In this document: positions 1 through 10,054 of the stretch, one piece after another
Position numbering within the stretch: the first letter of the stretch is position 1
Layout: each line of letters begins with the position of its first letter
Origin: Flectonema sp. DT1601
Taxonomy: Eukaryota
NCBI GenBank assembly: GCA_964019425.1
Contig: OZ025785.1
Span: forward strand, 434,001 to 498,000
Length of the DNA stretch: 64,000 bases
Reading direction: 5' to 3'
Program-made: the position numbers and the translations under genes
The notes under the pieces: model-generated
Databases searched by the model: none
Seen by the model: only the letters and a program-made list of their open reading frames with translations
What the model was told of the DNA's origin: nothing

Positions 1-270
1 ACAGTCCCAGGTTGGACGGAGTTCCCACTGACAGATCGACTTGTAATTGATTCGCGTTCCTGTACAGTCCCAGGTCGGACGGAGTTCCCACTGACAGATC
101 GATTTGTAATTGATTTGCGTTCCTGTACAGTCCCAGGTCGGACGGTGTTCTCTCTGACAGATCGACTTGCAATAGTTTTACGTTCCTGTACAGTCCCAGG
201 TCGGACACCGTTCTCAACGACAGATCGGCCTTCTGATTTTTGTTCCTGTACAGTCCCAGGCTGGACGAAC
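1..270. repeat. Tandem repeat, ~4.3 copies of a 63-bp unit (one 60 bp)
   Basis: ACAGTCCCAGG recurs at 1, 64, 127, 190 and 250. Unit lengths are multiples of 3. Confidence 0.95.
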
Positions 271-313
271 TTGCAGCTCCATGCTGACTTGCGATAGAAG
301 GGGTTCCCGCGGT

Positions 314-1720
314 TCACTTCGCCTGTAGACGTGAGCCCCCCCCGGCGTTTCCCTTCGGTCTGAACTGAAAGCGGTTACCCACATTCAGTTTCTTTACAAA
401 GGTTGGTGGGCGTGCTCTCTTCTTTTTTACTATCAAGGCATTCGCCTTTTCTACAGGATCTTCGGATGCTATCAGTAGTTGCTCCTGAAGCTCCGACCGC
501 TTTGTACCGTCTGTACAGAAAAAGTGTTGAAACCTTAACTGTCTCAACAAATCATCCCCCAACTTCACCAAGTGAGGAACCTGCGTCCAGCCTGTCACTC
601 TTTCCATACCAAAAAGGAAGTTTGAGAGGTTCTCAAATTTTTCAACCAATAAGTCCCCTCCCAGACCATATTTTAGACCGGAAACATATCGGCCATCAAG
701 CTTCATCACTAGTGTCGCCGCCTCCTTCGCTTCAAGGATTTCCTCCCATGCCTTGACCTCCTTTGCACATGACGGGTCAGTTATCAGTTCTAGGTGCTCT
801 TCATGATCAGGTTCAGGCTGAGTATTCTGTTGTATCACCGGTGGCTGGAATGGCTGAGGTGGCATCCCCACTGGTGGCTGATGTGATAGTGGCGGTGGCA
901 TCGGCATCGGTGGCTGATGTGATAGTGGCGGTGGTGGCGGTGGCATCGGCATCTTCACTGCTTCGTGTTGCTGTGGTCGTGTCTCTTGTCTTTCTACCCG
1001 TGTTTTTAGCGAAACGAGTTCCGCCATTAGCGACTGCATTACAGTCTCGGTTTGTTGTTGCTGTTGCTGCTGTCTCATTGTAAAATCTTCGATGGTCGTC
1101 CTTATCGACCCCATCTCTTCAGCCGTGTTTTCCCTGTACCTGGCAACCGATTCAAACCTCTGACCCACTCCAGAAAAGGTTGCCTCTGTCCGACTTTCTA
1201 ACACCCTCGTTGCTTCGGCATTGTCTGAACATGCCTGCTGCGCCTGTTGACGCAGTAAGGCTGCATCCTCCTGCAGACTGCCCATCGCATCGTTGGCGTC
1301 ATCATACGACACGAGACGGGGGTTCTCCCCCCTTGACAGCCGCTCTCCAACCTTCGCGGCTTTTTCTGCTACCAATCCTCGATTTACCCTTGACAGCAGA
1401 CCCAATAACACAACTGCATGTGTTATTGGGACCGTCGCCAATGATCCTTGCGGCATCCCCAAAGAGATGGCAAGTGTCCCCCTTACCATCTCCCTAAGCG
1501 ATGTATCATTCCTCAGCTGATTGAGGTCCACTTCAAACGGGATATCTGCTTTTGCTGTATCCAAATCAATCATTTCACTCTCTGTAGGTACCGGATTCCC
1601 TGTCTTTTTCTCCCATACATTCTTCAAGGCAGCAGGGAATGTAAACTCGGAGTTGAGTTTACCAGGTGAGATTTGGACTGTTAGCTTTTGGCTAAGGCCC
1701 TCCCTGAAGAGCAAGAACAA
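314..1720 (-). CDS. Gag-like ORF1 (coiled coil, Gln/Pro-rich, basic C-terminus); first ATG at 1573, pyrimidine tract plus AG acceptor at ~1704
   Basis: 468-codon ORF. Its C-terminus ...KGNAGGGSRLQAK* parallels ...MGNVKGAGSK* of the gag at 9335-10054. Confidence 0.65.
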   Translation of the reverse strand: MFLLFREGLSQKLTVQISPGKLNSEFTFPAALKNVWEKKTGNPVPTESEMIDLDTAKADIPFEVDLNQLRNDTSLREMVRGTLAISLGMPQGSLATVPITHAVVLLGLLSRVNRGLVAEKAAKVGERLSRGENPRLVSYDDANDAMGSLQEDAALLRQQAQQACSDNAEATRVLESRTEATFSGVGQRFESVARYRENTAEEMGSIRTTIEDFTMRQQQQQQQTETVMQSLMAELVSLKTRVERQETRPQQHEAVKMPMPPPPPPLSHQPPMPMPPPLSHQPPVGMPPQPFQPPVIQQNTQPEPDHEEHLELITDPSCAKEVKAWEEILEAKEAATLVMKLDGRYVSGLKYGLGGDLLVEKFENLSNFLFGMERVTGWTQVPHLVKLGDDLLRQLRFQHFFCTDGTKRSELQEQLLIASEDPVEKANALIVKKKRARPPTFVKKLNVGNRFQFRPKGNAGGGSRLQAK

Positions 1721-3397
1721 AAAAACTACTCACACCTGAAGAAAACATACACAAAGAACACACTGTAAGCTGTGTGTGTATTTTGTGTTTGTCACAACAG
1801 GAGAGAAAAGAAAGAATGTCAAGGTTGGTCACCTTGCCTATCAACGCACAACATTGGTGGTCTCTACTAGACCCTGAGTGATCCCACTGGATCTCTCATC
1901 GTTCATAGTACCCTATGTGAAGTTATAAAATCAAAGGTAAACTATGAACTACAAATGACTTAGCCTGTTATTATAATGCCACAGGCAGGCCCTGCATTCA
2001 GCAACTATCCAGCAGTGCTTGAATGTCCTGATCTTCTTCTAAAAAAAAAGAAAGAAAAACAAAACTGTAGCTGGGATCACTCAGGATCAACAGACTACCA
2101 ATGCTACCTGTTGTACTTGCTCACTATGGGGGGTGATGCCAAACACCCAGAAGTACTAAACTGCTTTCCTTCTTGCTGCCCAGGGGTTTCTGACCAGAAC
2201 TAATAGAAAATAAAAACAGATGGGAAACAATAAAAAGTAAAATGAATATAACTGAAGTTAAACAAGAATGTTGGTCCTAGACAAGACCTTAAACTGACTA
2301 ACCGGTCTTAATTTTAACTAAGTGTTAACCTAGTTTCCTAGTTTCTAATATGAAATCTTTTTTCTTTTTTTTTCTTTTTGAACAAAATGTAATTATTAAT
2401 GTAAAAAAATGAAGAAACAGACCAGAACAGATAGAGAATAAAAAAGAAAAGATAATTGCAAGAGTTATTGTAGTAAAAGATTACAAATAAAAAAAAAATG
2501 CAAGTATCAACACATGATCGAGATACACCAGCAGCTAACAAACAACATAAAATTGAAGATCAGTTGCCAGAGTATTTCAACCATGGTAGAATACTCGCCC
2601 CTCTGGCAGGGATTATCCCAGACTTGTCCTTTAATTTAGTTGGCATCTTCGAAAACGTGAGTGTGAGAGAAAGAAGTGATCGAGCTGTATAAAGAATTTC
2701 TTTTTGAAAAAATAGAAGGCTAAAGAATATATAAAAAATGTCTGTTGTTTTGTTCATTTTTCCAACTTCGGAATCATACACTTTTCTGTCTGATTCCTTT
2801 GATTATTTCTTTCCGGTGCTAAGCTTGGTGGAAAATTACCTGAATGAATTCTAGATATAAATACAATCAGTTTAAATAAAAAAAAAAAAAAAAATAAATA
2901 AATAAAAAAAGATTAACGATCAAGCTGAGCTGATCTTGTTTTTATTAAAATAAGGGGAGCGGGAGGGATGGAAGGAATAAAGGAAAAAAAAAGAAAAGGT
3001 CGATCAATTGGATCTGATCGTCGAGAAGAAGGAAACAATTATTTTTAAAAAAAAATGATCGGTATAGCCGATCGTTGAGAAAAGAACAGATATAAATACA
3101 ATCGGTTTTGGTGATCGACGAGTGGAGCGATCACTTGACAAGAAGGAAAAAAGAAAGGACCGATTAATTGGGGCTTTGGTTGTATTCCCAAGGCATGTTT
3201 TTTTTTTTTTTTTTATTATTCATTTACATTATTTTTTTTTTTTTTTTTTAAATTAATAATCACATTTTGTTCAAAAATATTTCATATTAGAGTAAAAGAA
3301 AAAGAGAAAAAAGAAATAAGAGAAAAAAAAAAAAAACCATTGCTGGCCCCCTCACCACTCATAGAGGATGAGGAGGCCAGTAAGGCGTCACTCAAAT

Positions 3398-4132
3398 CTA
3401 TGCCAAGCCTTGGGAACTTGGATTGGGGTTTAGACCATTTACAATTAACTTCCTGTGAGACTCCCTCGCTACCCTTGATTTGTGGGCGAAGAAATCCATG
3501 GTCGTTGAGACCGGTTTACTTTCGGCATCCTTCGAGACTTCTTTGGCCAGCTTATCAGCCTTATCGTGTGGTTCAATCCCCACATGGGCCGGGATAAACT
3601 GGAGATGCACCTGTGTCTTCAGATCCCTAATGCTTTCCAGTATTAACAGAGAGTTCAACTTCCTCTGGGCAACAATCCCTCCATTGAGTTCCTCCAGGTT
3701 GGATTTCGAGTCACTGAAGATTCTGGTAATACCTGACCTGGGACCCAAGATCGAGTCAGCTTTGCCAATTTCTCTCATCAGCAGTTTGAGTGTTACTTGT
3801 TCAGCCTTGTAGCTGCTTTCAGTAGCTACAAGTCTTGACGACATCGTTCTCTCAGTTGGTGAGACCTGTACTGCTGCCGCACCCGCAGTGTAGTTAACAG
3901 GATCATGTGAGCCGTCCACATATATAGCCGAGTTGCAAGGGACTAGGTCCCTGCAGTATTCCTCAAATTTGTTCCTGTCCACATCTGCATCACCGGTCTT
4001 GTTATGACCATACCCACAGGATATCTCTAGATTTGGTACATCCGCCCAGGGTTCGATGCTGTCAGGTTGAACTATTCCTTGGAGGGCGATGTTACAATCT
4101 TCCTGCGGCAACTTAGAACTCCAGAATCCTCG
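3398..4132 (-). pseudogene. RNase H region of a non-LTR (Ingi/I-like) retrotransposon, fragment
   Basis: RNase HI motifs YVDGS, SSYKAE, IFSDSKS, QFIPAHVGI..HDKADKLAK. No ATG; the 5' break abuts the tandem array at 4131. Confidence 0.85.
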
Positions 4133-4574
4133 TCCAGGTCAAGACGCTAAACTGATTGTTTTTTTTTTCAAAATTAATAAAAAAGAATATAAAAAAATAC
4201 AAAAAAAAGAATAAACAATGTTATCATTGTTTTTTTTTATCGTTCGACTTTGTCGACTAATTTCTATTTTCCGTTTTTTTTCTTTAAAAAATAAATAAAA
4301 AGAATTTAAAATAAAAAAAAAAGAATAAACAATGTTATCATTGTTTTTTTTATCGATCGACTATGTCGATTACTTTCTATTTTCCGTCCTGGTCAGGATG
4401 CTAAACTGATTGTTTTTTCTCTAAAAATAAATAAAAAGAATAAAAAAAAAAAAAAAGGAATAAACAATGTTATCATTGTTTTTTTTTTATCGATCGACTA
4501 TGTCGATTACTTACTATTTTCCGTCCTGGTCAAGACGCTAAACGGATTGTTTTTTCTTTAAAATAATTAAAAGG

Positions 4575-4607
<33 letters not shown>

Positions 4608-4740
4608 ATAAACAATGTTATCATTGTTTTTTTCTATCGATCAACTATGTCGATTAATTTCTATTTTCCGTCCTGATCGAGACGCTAAACTGATTGTTTC
4701 CTTTTTTTAAATAATAAATAAGAAAAAAAAAAAAAAAAAA
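4131..4740. repeat. ~120-150-bp tandem repeat array with internal hairpins and poly-A/poly-T tracts
   Basis: Core CGTCCTGGTCAAGACGCTAAACTGATTG at ~4131, 4385, 4522, 4669. Units carry AAACAATG-TTAT-CATTGTTT and ATCGAC-TAT-GTCGAT inverted repeats. Confidence 0.9.
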
Positions 4741-5829
4741 AAGAGCATCTCCCTGCTATCCCTCATATCCCCACAATAATATTATACCTTTTCATTTTCT
4801 CTTTCCTTTTCTGGTCTTTTTTTTTTCTTTTTTTTCCTTTTTCATACAACGTTTTTTATTTATATATCAGTCATTCCTTTTTTTTGCGAACAAATTCTGG
4901 ACACTGAAAAAAAATTTCAAAAAAAAATTGTAAAAATTTCGATCGAAGCGGCATTTTAATGCGCTGCATCGTTGGGTTCATTTCCGTCCGAAATCGGGAG
5001 GTTGGCATCACATACTTGTCTCCCGAATTGAGAAAAGAGATTTTGCGGTTTACTAAATCAGCTCAGCCGTGGACAAGTACCAAAACTAAAAATTAATCGA
5101 AGGGTCTAATTTTACACTGCTGGCCCAGCGGGATCCAGAGAAAAAATAATCGAGCAAAAATATATTAAAGAGTACTAAGCATGTGCCGGTGAGGCAGATT
5201 GTTACTACCTGTCTTTTTGGACCTACTTTGATACTTAATGATCATTATCACCACCACAGATGCAACATTTTCCTTACATAATTGCTACTAGGGTTGATTT
5301 GTTAGTAAAAAGGTGCATATCTCTTGAGTGCGGGAGAAGGGGGAAAAAATAGTAAAAAAAAAAAAATTAGGGGTGTTTTTTACTCAGATTTTCTCGATCT
5401 TTCCATTCCAGGTCTGGGATTAATATTTATCATTGAGTAGTACCAAGGAAATTTTGCAAAGAGACGTTTATCTCTTTTTAGCAGCACTTACCATGTTTAA
5501 AAGTATATCCCTATGCCTAATTTTACAGATCGCACCCTCCCCGATTCCAAAAAATAAAAAATCGAGCAAAAGTAACATATCGTGTAACCTTGCTCAGGCG
5601 GTGAGAAAAAGGTGTTTTTTGTTCGCAAAAAAAAGGAATGACTGATATATATATATTTTTTTTTTTTTTTTCATGTTTGATTATTTCCAATTCAATTTTT
5701 TCAATTTTTTTTTTTTCTTTTCTTTTCTTTTCTTTCTTTTTATTTTTTTTTTTCTCTGCCTCTCTCTTAATTCTGTTCGTTTCTTTGAAACGAAAATTCA
5801 TTTGAATATTATTCCTTGGTCAGCAACCA

Positions 5830-8700
5830 TCATTGTCGCCCTTTGGGCCTGTTAAAAAAAATAAAAATAAAAAGAAAGTTTACATCGGGAATAGGGCAGG
5901 AGCCAAAAGCTCCCAGTCCGTTACTTCCCACTTTATCGAAATTCGCTATTCGGTTCGTCGAACGTACCCACTTCAGCGATCGATACCTAAACAGAGCAGT
6001 TCTGGCCTGTTTTTCTATTATCAACTTCATCGGGAGCATGTTCGCCTCCAAGAGCAGTGGGAGAGACCTGGTGTAGATGCTGCAACCCGTTATCCTTCTC
6101 GCAATCTTCTTCAGATTCAAGTCCACAAGATCAATCTGACCCTCAGATAGGAAAGGACCGAAGCTCTCCAGCCCATATGACAGCCTTGAAAGTATGTACA
6201 GGTTCTTGACCATGCACAGCGTCTTAAAATCAAAATCATACTGTTCTAGTTTCCCCAGGAGTGCAAGACCCTTCCTGGTCTCATCCAGCATCTTTCCGAC
6301 CTGTGTTCCATAAGATAAATCACCATCAATGTGCACCCCCAGGTATTTAACGCTGTCTACCATCGGCATCAGTACTGCGGTTAACAACTTTACTCTCAGC
6401 TTACTTGATCCATCAGGGAAAATTTCAAGCAGGTCCTTCGTATTAGCAACTTCGGTATCATCCACCTTGAGAATGGTTTCTCCACTCCCCAGAATTGGCC
6501 TTCCAAACTCGTTCGGTCTGATCATCTTAGCCAGATCTCCCCTGCTTACAACGTAATAATTATCCTTTGCAGTCCTGGGGAAGCCCAGTCTCCAGTAGAT
6601 ATCCTTTGGGCAGCGCACAGGCATACCACATGTCTTAGAGACGGACAGTGCCATATCATTGGTTTTGCACCAGCTATCCACAAGTCCAAGGATCCATTGC
6701 GCTTTCTTATTGGTTAAATTAACGTCCTTATCAGAGACTACACAAGCGGTGTCATCTGCATAAAGAGCCGAAACTGAGCCAGTCTTCTCCAACAACTTTG
6801 CCAGGTCATCAACATAAATCAGGTATAGCAGCGGACCGATAATCGATCCTTGGGGAACCCCCCTCGTTACCGTTCTGTAGGAGCTAAGGTTGCCATTCGC
6901 ACTCACCCTTGCCTGCCTGCCCTTCAGGAAGTCAACTACCCACGCAATGAACGGAGAGGGAATACGCATGTTCTTCATCTTCTTGATCAGTTTCTCATGA
7001 TTAATTCTATCAAATGCTTCCGTGAAGTCGAACGACAGCAGAACAGAGCTCTTGTTCTTTTCACTGGCCTCATGAAGAGCGTTGACTAACATTGAAATCT
7101 GCTCACACGTATTCCTTCCTCTTCTAAAACCCGCCTGGATAGACGACAGGGCATTGTTCTGGGTAAGCCAATACATCAACCTATCATAAATCACTCTTTC
7201 AAGTACTTTACCCACCACCGAGGTCAACGTGATCGGTCTGAAACTTGCGATCTTATCTTTTGGCTTACCTGGTTTGTAAACTGGCTTGATAAGACCCTCC
7301 TTCCAGATCCTCGGTACCTTTGACGTTAGCCACGATTCATTGAATAACGCCAGGAGGAAATCCATTCCTATCACCGATAAGTTCTTCAACATTATCCCAT
7401 GGATTCCATCTGGACCTGGTGCTTTCCCGGGCCTTACCTTCTTGATGGCTCGCTTCAGTTCAGTCATTGTTAGATTCCCTCCGATTTTGGCGAAGTCGCT
7501 GCTCTTCGTATTCGGAGGTCCTAGTTTACGTTTTGTCGGGGTCTTAACAAATTGTTCCAAGAACTTCGCAGGTAGTTGGTTCTCGTCAAACTCCGGAATG
7601 TGAATTTCACGTCCTTCATCCGTCTCAAGGTCCTTTATCTTTTTGAACGCATATGCAAAGCCTTCACCTTTTGCTAGCCGTTCAGCGATAAATTTTCCCT
7701 TCGCACGCTTGGTATCTGGGGTGGAAGCGTTCCACATTCTTCTTCTCTTCCCTTTGATCCGAAGCCTTCTTCTAACGTACCTCTTCGCTACTCCAAGAAC
7801 GATTCTGTTGAACGTTACTGCTCTTCTCCCAACGCTCGCAGAGTTGTTTACCTTTCCAAACCTGTAGTCTAGTTCATGTTCATATGAGTACCAATCAGCT
7901 GTATTGAAGTCCCAGACCGATCTCTTCGTCGCGTGGTTGCCCGAAGGCTCAAGGGGTGAGAGCGTATCGAAGGTAGCAGAGAGTGGTGTATGATCCGAAC
8001 CGTGCTCAATTCCTTCACCTACCAGCTCAAAGTTCAGCAGTTGAATCTCCTCGTGGTGCAGGATCAGATCGGGCGAGGTCCCATGTCTCGGCAGTGTCGC
8101 TAGACCTGGCGGGTTCGCAATCAGGAGGTCCTCTTGCCCTGTCCAGTTGAGAAGGTCACAGCCTTTTACGTCGGTTTTCTTGGACCAGTACCTATGGTGT
8201 GCGTTGAAGTCACCAGCGAGAATGAACTTGCCAACACGTTTCAGGGAGAATAGTTCAAAATTAATCCTCGAGCTCGGTGGGGAGTAGATGTTGAGAATAC
8301 TTACGTCTTCGTTAATTCTGACACCCATCGACTCGACGGTTCCTCTCATCGACGGTATGGAGATATCAAAGCAATCATGTTGAATTCCTCGTTTTATTAA
8401 AGTGATCAGGCCACCTCCCCTTCCTGGCCTATCCCTCCTGTAGCAAACGTAGTTCCAATGAAACAATGCCATCCTGCAAGAAGTCTCCTGAAGGCAAAGT
8501 ACGTCGGGGTCAAGCTTACTCAGGATGTGTCCAATGAACTCCATTTTGTTCGAGATGGTGCGACAATTCCAACTGATTACATTTAGTTTGCAAGAGGGAC
8601 CATCCTTTCTCCTATTCGGCCCTGGGTTTCGTTCAACGTCCCCTGCTATCAGCAAGAGACGTCTTCGAGTCTCAGCCCAGTTCCTTCCATCTACGTGCCG
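5830..8700 (-). CDS. LINE ORF2: 2A-APE-RT. The last ~16 codons (5830-5880) run into non-element AT-rich DNA.
   Basis: Uninterrupted frame from the TGA at 8701-8703 to 5830. No AUG before the first APE motif. Confidence 0.88.
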   Translation of the reverse strand, partial: RHVDGRNWAETRRRLLLIAGDVERNPGPNRRKDGPSCKLNVISWNCRTISNKMEFIGHILSKLDPDVLCLQETSCRMALFHWNYVCYRRDRPGRGGGLITLIKRGIQHDCFDISIPSMRGTVESMGVRINEDVSILNIYSPPSSRINFELFSLKRVGKFILAGDFNAHHRYWSKKTDVKGCDLLNWTGQEDLLIANPPGLATLPRHGTSPDLILHHEEIQLLNFELVGEGIEHGSDHTPLSATFDTLSPLEPSGNHATKRSVWDFNTADWYSYEHELDYRFGKVNNSASVGRRAVTFNRIVLGVAKRYVRRRLRIKGKRRRMWNASTPDTKRAKGKFIAERLAKGEGFAYAFKKIKDLETDEGREIHIPEFDENQLPAKFLEQFVKTPTKRKLGPPNTKSSDFAKIGGNLTMTELKRAIKKVRPGKAPGPDGIHGIMLKNLSVIGMDFLLALFNESWLTSKVPRIWKEGLIKPVYKPGKPKDKIASFRPITLTSVVGKVLERVIYDRLMYWLTQNNALSSIQAGFRRGRNTCEQISMLVNALHEASEKNKSSVLLSFDFTEAFDRINHEKLIKKMKNMRIPSPFIAWVVDFLKGRQARVSANGNLSSYRTVTRGVPQGSIIGPLLYLIYVDDLAKLLEKTGSVSALYADDTACVVSDKDVNLTNKKAQWILGLVDSWCKTNDMALSVSKTCGMPVRCPKDIYWRLGFPRTAKDNYYVVSRGDLAKMIRPNEFGRPILGSGETILKVDDTEVANTKDLLEIFPDGSSKLRVKLLTAVLMPMVDSVKYLGVHIDGDLSYGTQVGKMLDETRKGLALLGKLEQYDFDFKTLCMVKNLYILSRLSYGLESFGPFLSEGQIDLVDLNLKKIARRITGCSIYTRSLPLLLEANMLPMKLIIEKQARTALFRYRSLKWVRSTNRIANFDKVGSNGLGAFGSCPIPDVNFLFIFIFFNRPKGRQ
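8617..8655 (-). other. 2A-like StopGo (ribosomal skipping) peptide LLIAGDVERNPGP
   Basis: Exact match to the D(V/I)ExNPG|P consensus, preceded by a Leu-rich tract. Confidence 0.92.
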
Positions 8701-8960
8701 TCATTTACCTTCCAAGAATCTCGTCATCAGCATCTCTAAACGATCCATCCTTCGTTCCATCGTATCCTGTTCAGCTGTCGACTTCTTCACAGTTTTCTTT
8801 GTCACAACCTGCTCTACAGGACCTACTTCCTTCAAGGCTCCTTTCCTCTCCTCAATCTTCACACCCGCTTCCCGCCAGAGTCTCTTCCCCTTCCCCTTAC
8901 CATGAAAGGATAAGAATTCTGCTCGCAAGTAGCAACGATTAGAGGCCTCCCCCTCCGTTT
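8701..8960 (-). pseudogene. C-terminal fragment of LINE ORF1 (basic, ends in a short coiled coil), 5'-truncated
   Basis: Same frame as ORF2. Ends ...MERRMDRLEMLMTRFLEGK*. The frame closes near 8960 at a compositional boundary. Confidence 0.6.
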
Positions 8961-9334
8961 TTTATTTACAACATATTCCCTTCCCGCTCCTATCGGAACG
9001 GAAAGGGAAAATATCCCTCCCTTAACTGAAATGCACTCTGCAAGTTGTATTTCAATTCTGAATGAAGCATTTCGACTCGATAGCTATGTCGCATAAATTT
9101 ACATTTATGTTTTAGTCGCTGAAGTATATTGGTTCACTTATTTATAATATTTTTGTATATATTATTCCCTTAGGAGTTTAAGGAATATTAAAGAGTGAAA
9201 TATTGATGTTTAAAGATTTTCTGAGATAGTTGTTTGGTCTTGATTTAATGTAGTTAACACCTTAACATACTTTTATCAGACTTTTTCACCTCTTTATATC
9301 CAACTCCTCATTTTTTAGGGTTCAAATTGATGAA

Positions 9335-10054
9335 ATGCAGCGGAACATGTCGGATGTTAATATGCGTCCTGAAGTGGAGGTGAATATGCGTCCTGAAGCA
9401 GAAGTGAATATGCGTCCTCAGGCGGATTATAATTTTCGTACCGAACACCAAACCTGTCCACCAATTCCTGGTGGTTACCATCACTTGAATAGTTCAGACG
9501 TTAGTAATGTTCCTTATCATATGGCAGCACAGAGTGAAGTCTTGATGCAGATGGCGGCGATGATGAGGGAACAGAGTAGGCCGAAAGGTAGTGATAAAGA
9601 CGATATAGCTCTTGAACCAAACTTCGCGACAGATGCGAAGCAATTTATTCAATGGCGTGGGATTATTGGTAATCCTGCCGATCCGTATGCGACGGATAAT
9701 TTAATTCGCGATCTTTACGCGAAGTATGTGTCGGCTGCTACCGCTAGCTCGCAGTTTCAGTCTAGTCAGCTGAACAGAGATTGGGAGATGCTGAAGGACG
9801 GTATAATCTCGGTACGGGATTTTGTGTTCTTCGGGTACTATAGGTGGTACGACTTGCCGGCCTACACTCGAAACTTGAACAGAATGTATCGCAGATTGAT
9901 ATATTCGTCCAATGAGTTCAAGAAGGAACACAACACTCCTAGGAGTGGCAAAGGCGGTCAGGTACAGAGGTTCACAGCTTACAAGGGGGGCTACAATTGG
10001 AGTGGAAAAGGAGCGAAGTCGATGGGAAACGTGAAAGGGGCTGGCTCCAAGTGA
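9335..10054 (+). CDS. Gag-like ORF1 with three N-terminal VNMRPxxx repeats
   Basis: 239-aa ORF just upstream of YR and RT. TTTTAG acceptor-like site just 5' of the ATG. Confidence 0.75.
   Translation: MQRNMSDVNMRPEVEVNMRPEAEVNMRPQADYNFRTEHQTCPPIPGGYHHLNSSDVSNVPYHMAAQSEVLMQMAAMMREQSRPKGSDKDDIALEPNFATDAKQFIQWRGIIGNPADPYATDNLIRDLYAKYVSAATASSQFQSSQLNRDWEMLKDGIISVRDFVFFGYYRWYDLPAYTRNLNRMYRRLIYSSNEFKKEHNTPRSGKGGQVQRFTAYKGGYNWSGKGAKSMGNVKGAGSK

Larger units (their letters stand above)
1..1720 (-). mobile_element. 5' part of a second VIPER/TATE-like YR retrotransposon (gag plus start of downstream ORFs), continuing beyond the window start
   Basis: The gag 3' junction matches the intact element at 9335-12888: G_GGA_AAC in the gag frame, G-rich stem, AAG-UGA-A stop, 0 and -1 frames open afterwards. 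YR and RT domains lie outside the window, so identity is inferred. Confidence 0.65.
5880..8960 (-). mobile_element. Ingi/I-group non-LTR retrotransposon (ORF1 remnant, 2A peptide, APE endonuclease, RT), truncated at both ends
   Basis: APE motifs SWNCRT, CLQET, NIYSPP, AGDFNAH, SDH. RT motifs KAPGPDGI, FRPITL, QAGFR, DFTEAFD, GVPQGS, YADD, KYLG. N-terminal 2A as in L1Tc/ingi. Confidence 0.92.

Noticed and set aside
1..270. CRISPR-like array
   Set aside because: The 'spacers' are homologous to each other (a minisatellite), the context is eukaryotic, and no cas genes are present.
4131..4740. CRISPR-like array with palindromic repeats
   Set aside because: The intervening sequence is conserved apart from homopolymer length, so there are no unique spacers.
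314..10054. Genome-wide UGA reassignment
   Set aside because: Host genes use TGG for Trp, show no internal TGA, and three appear to end at TGA (37440, 61255, 63977).
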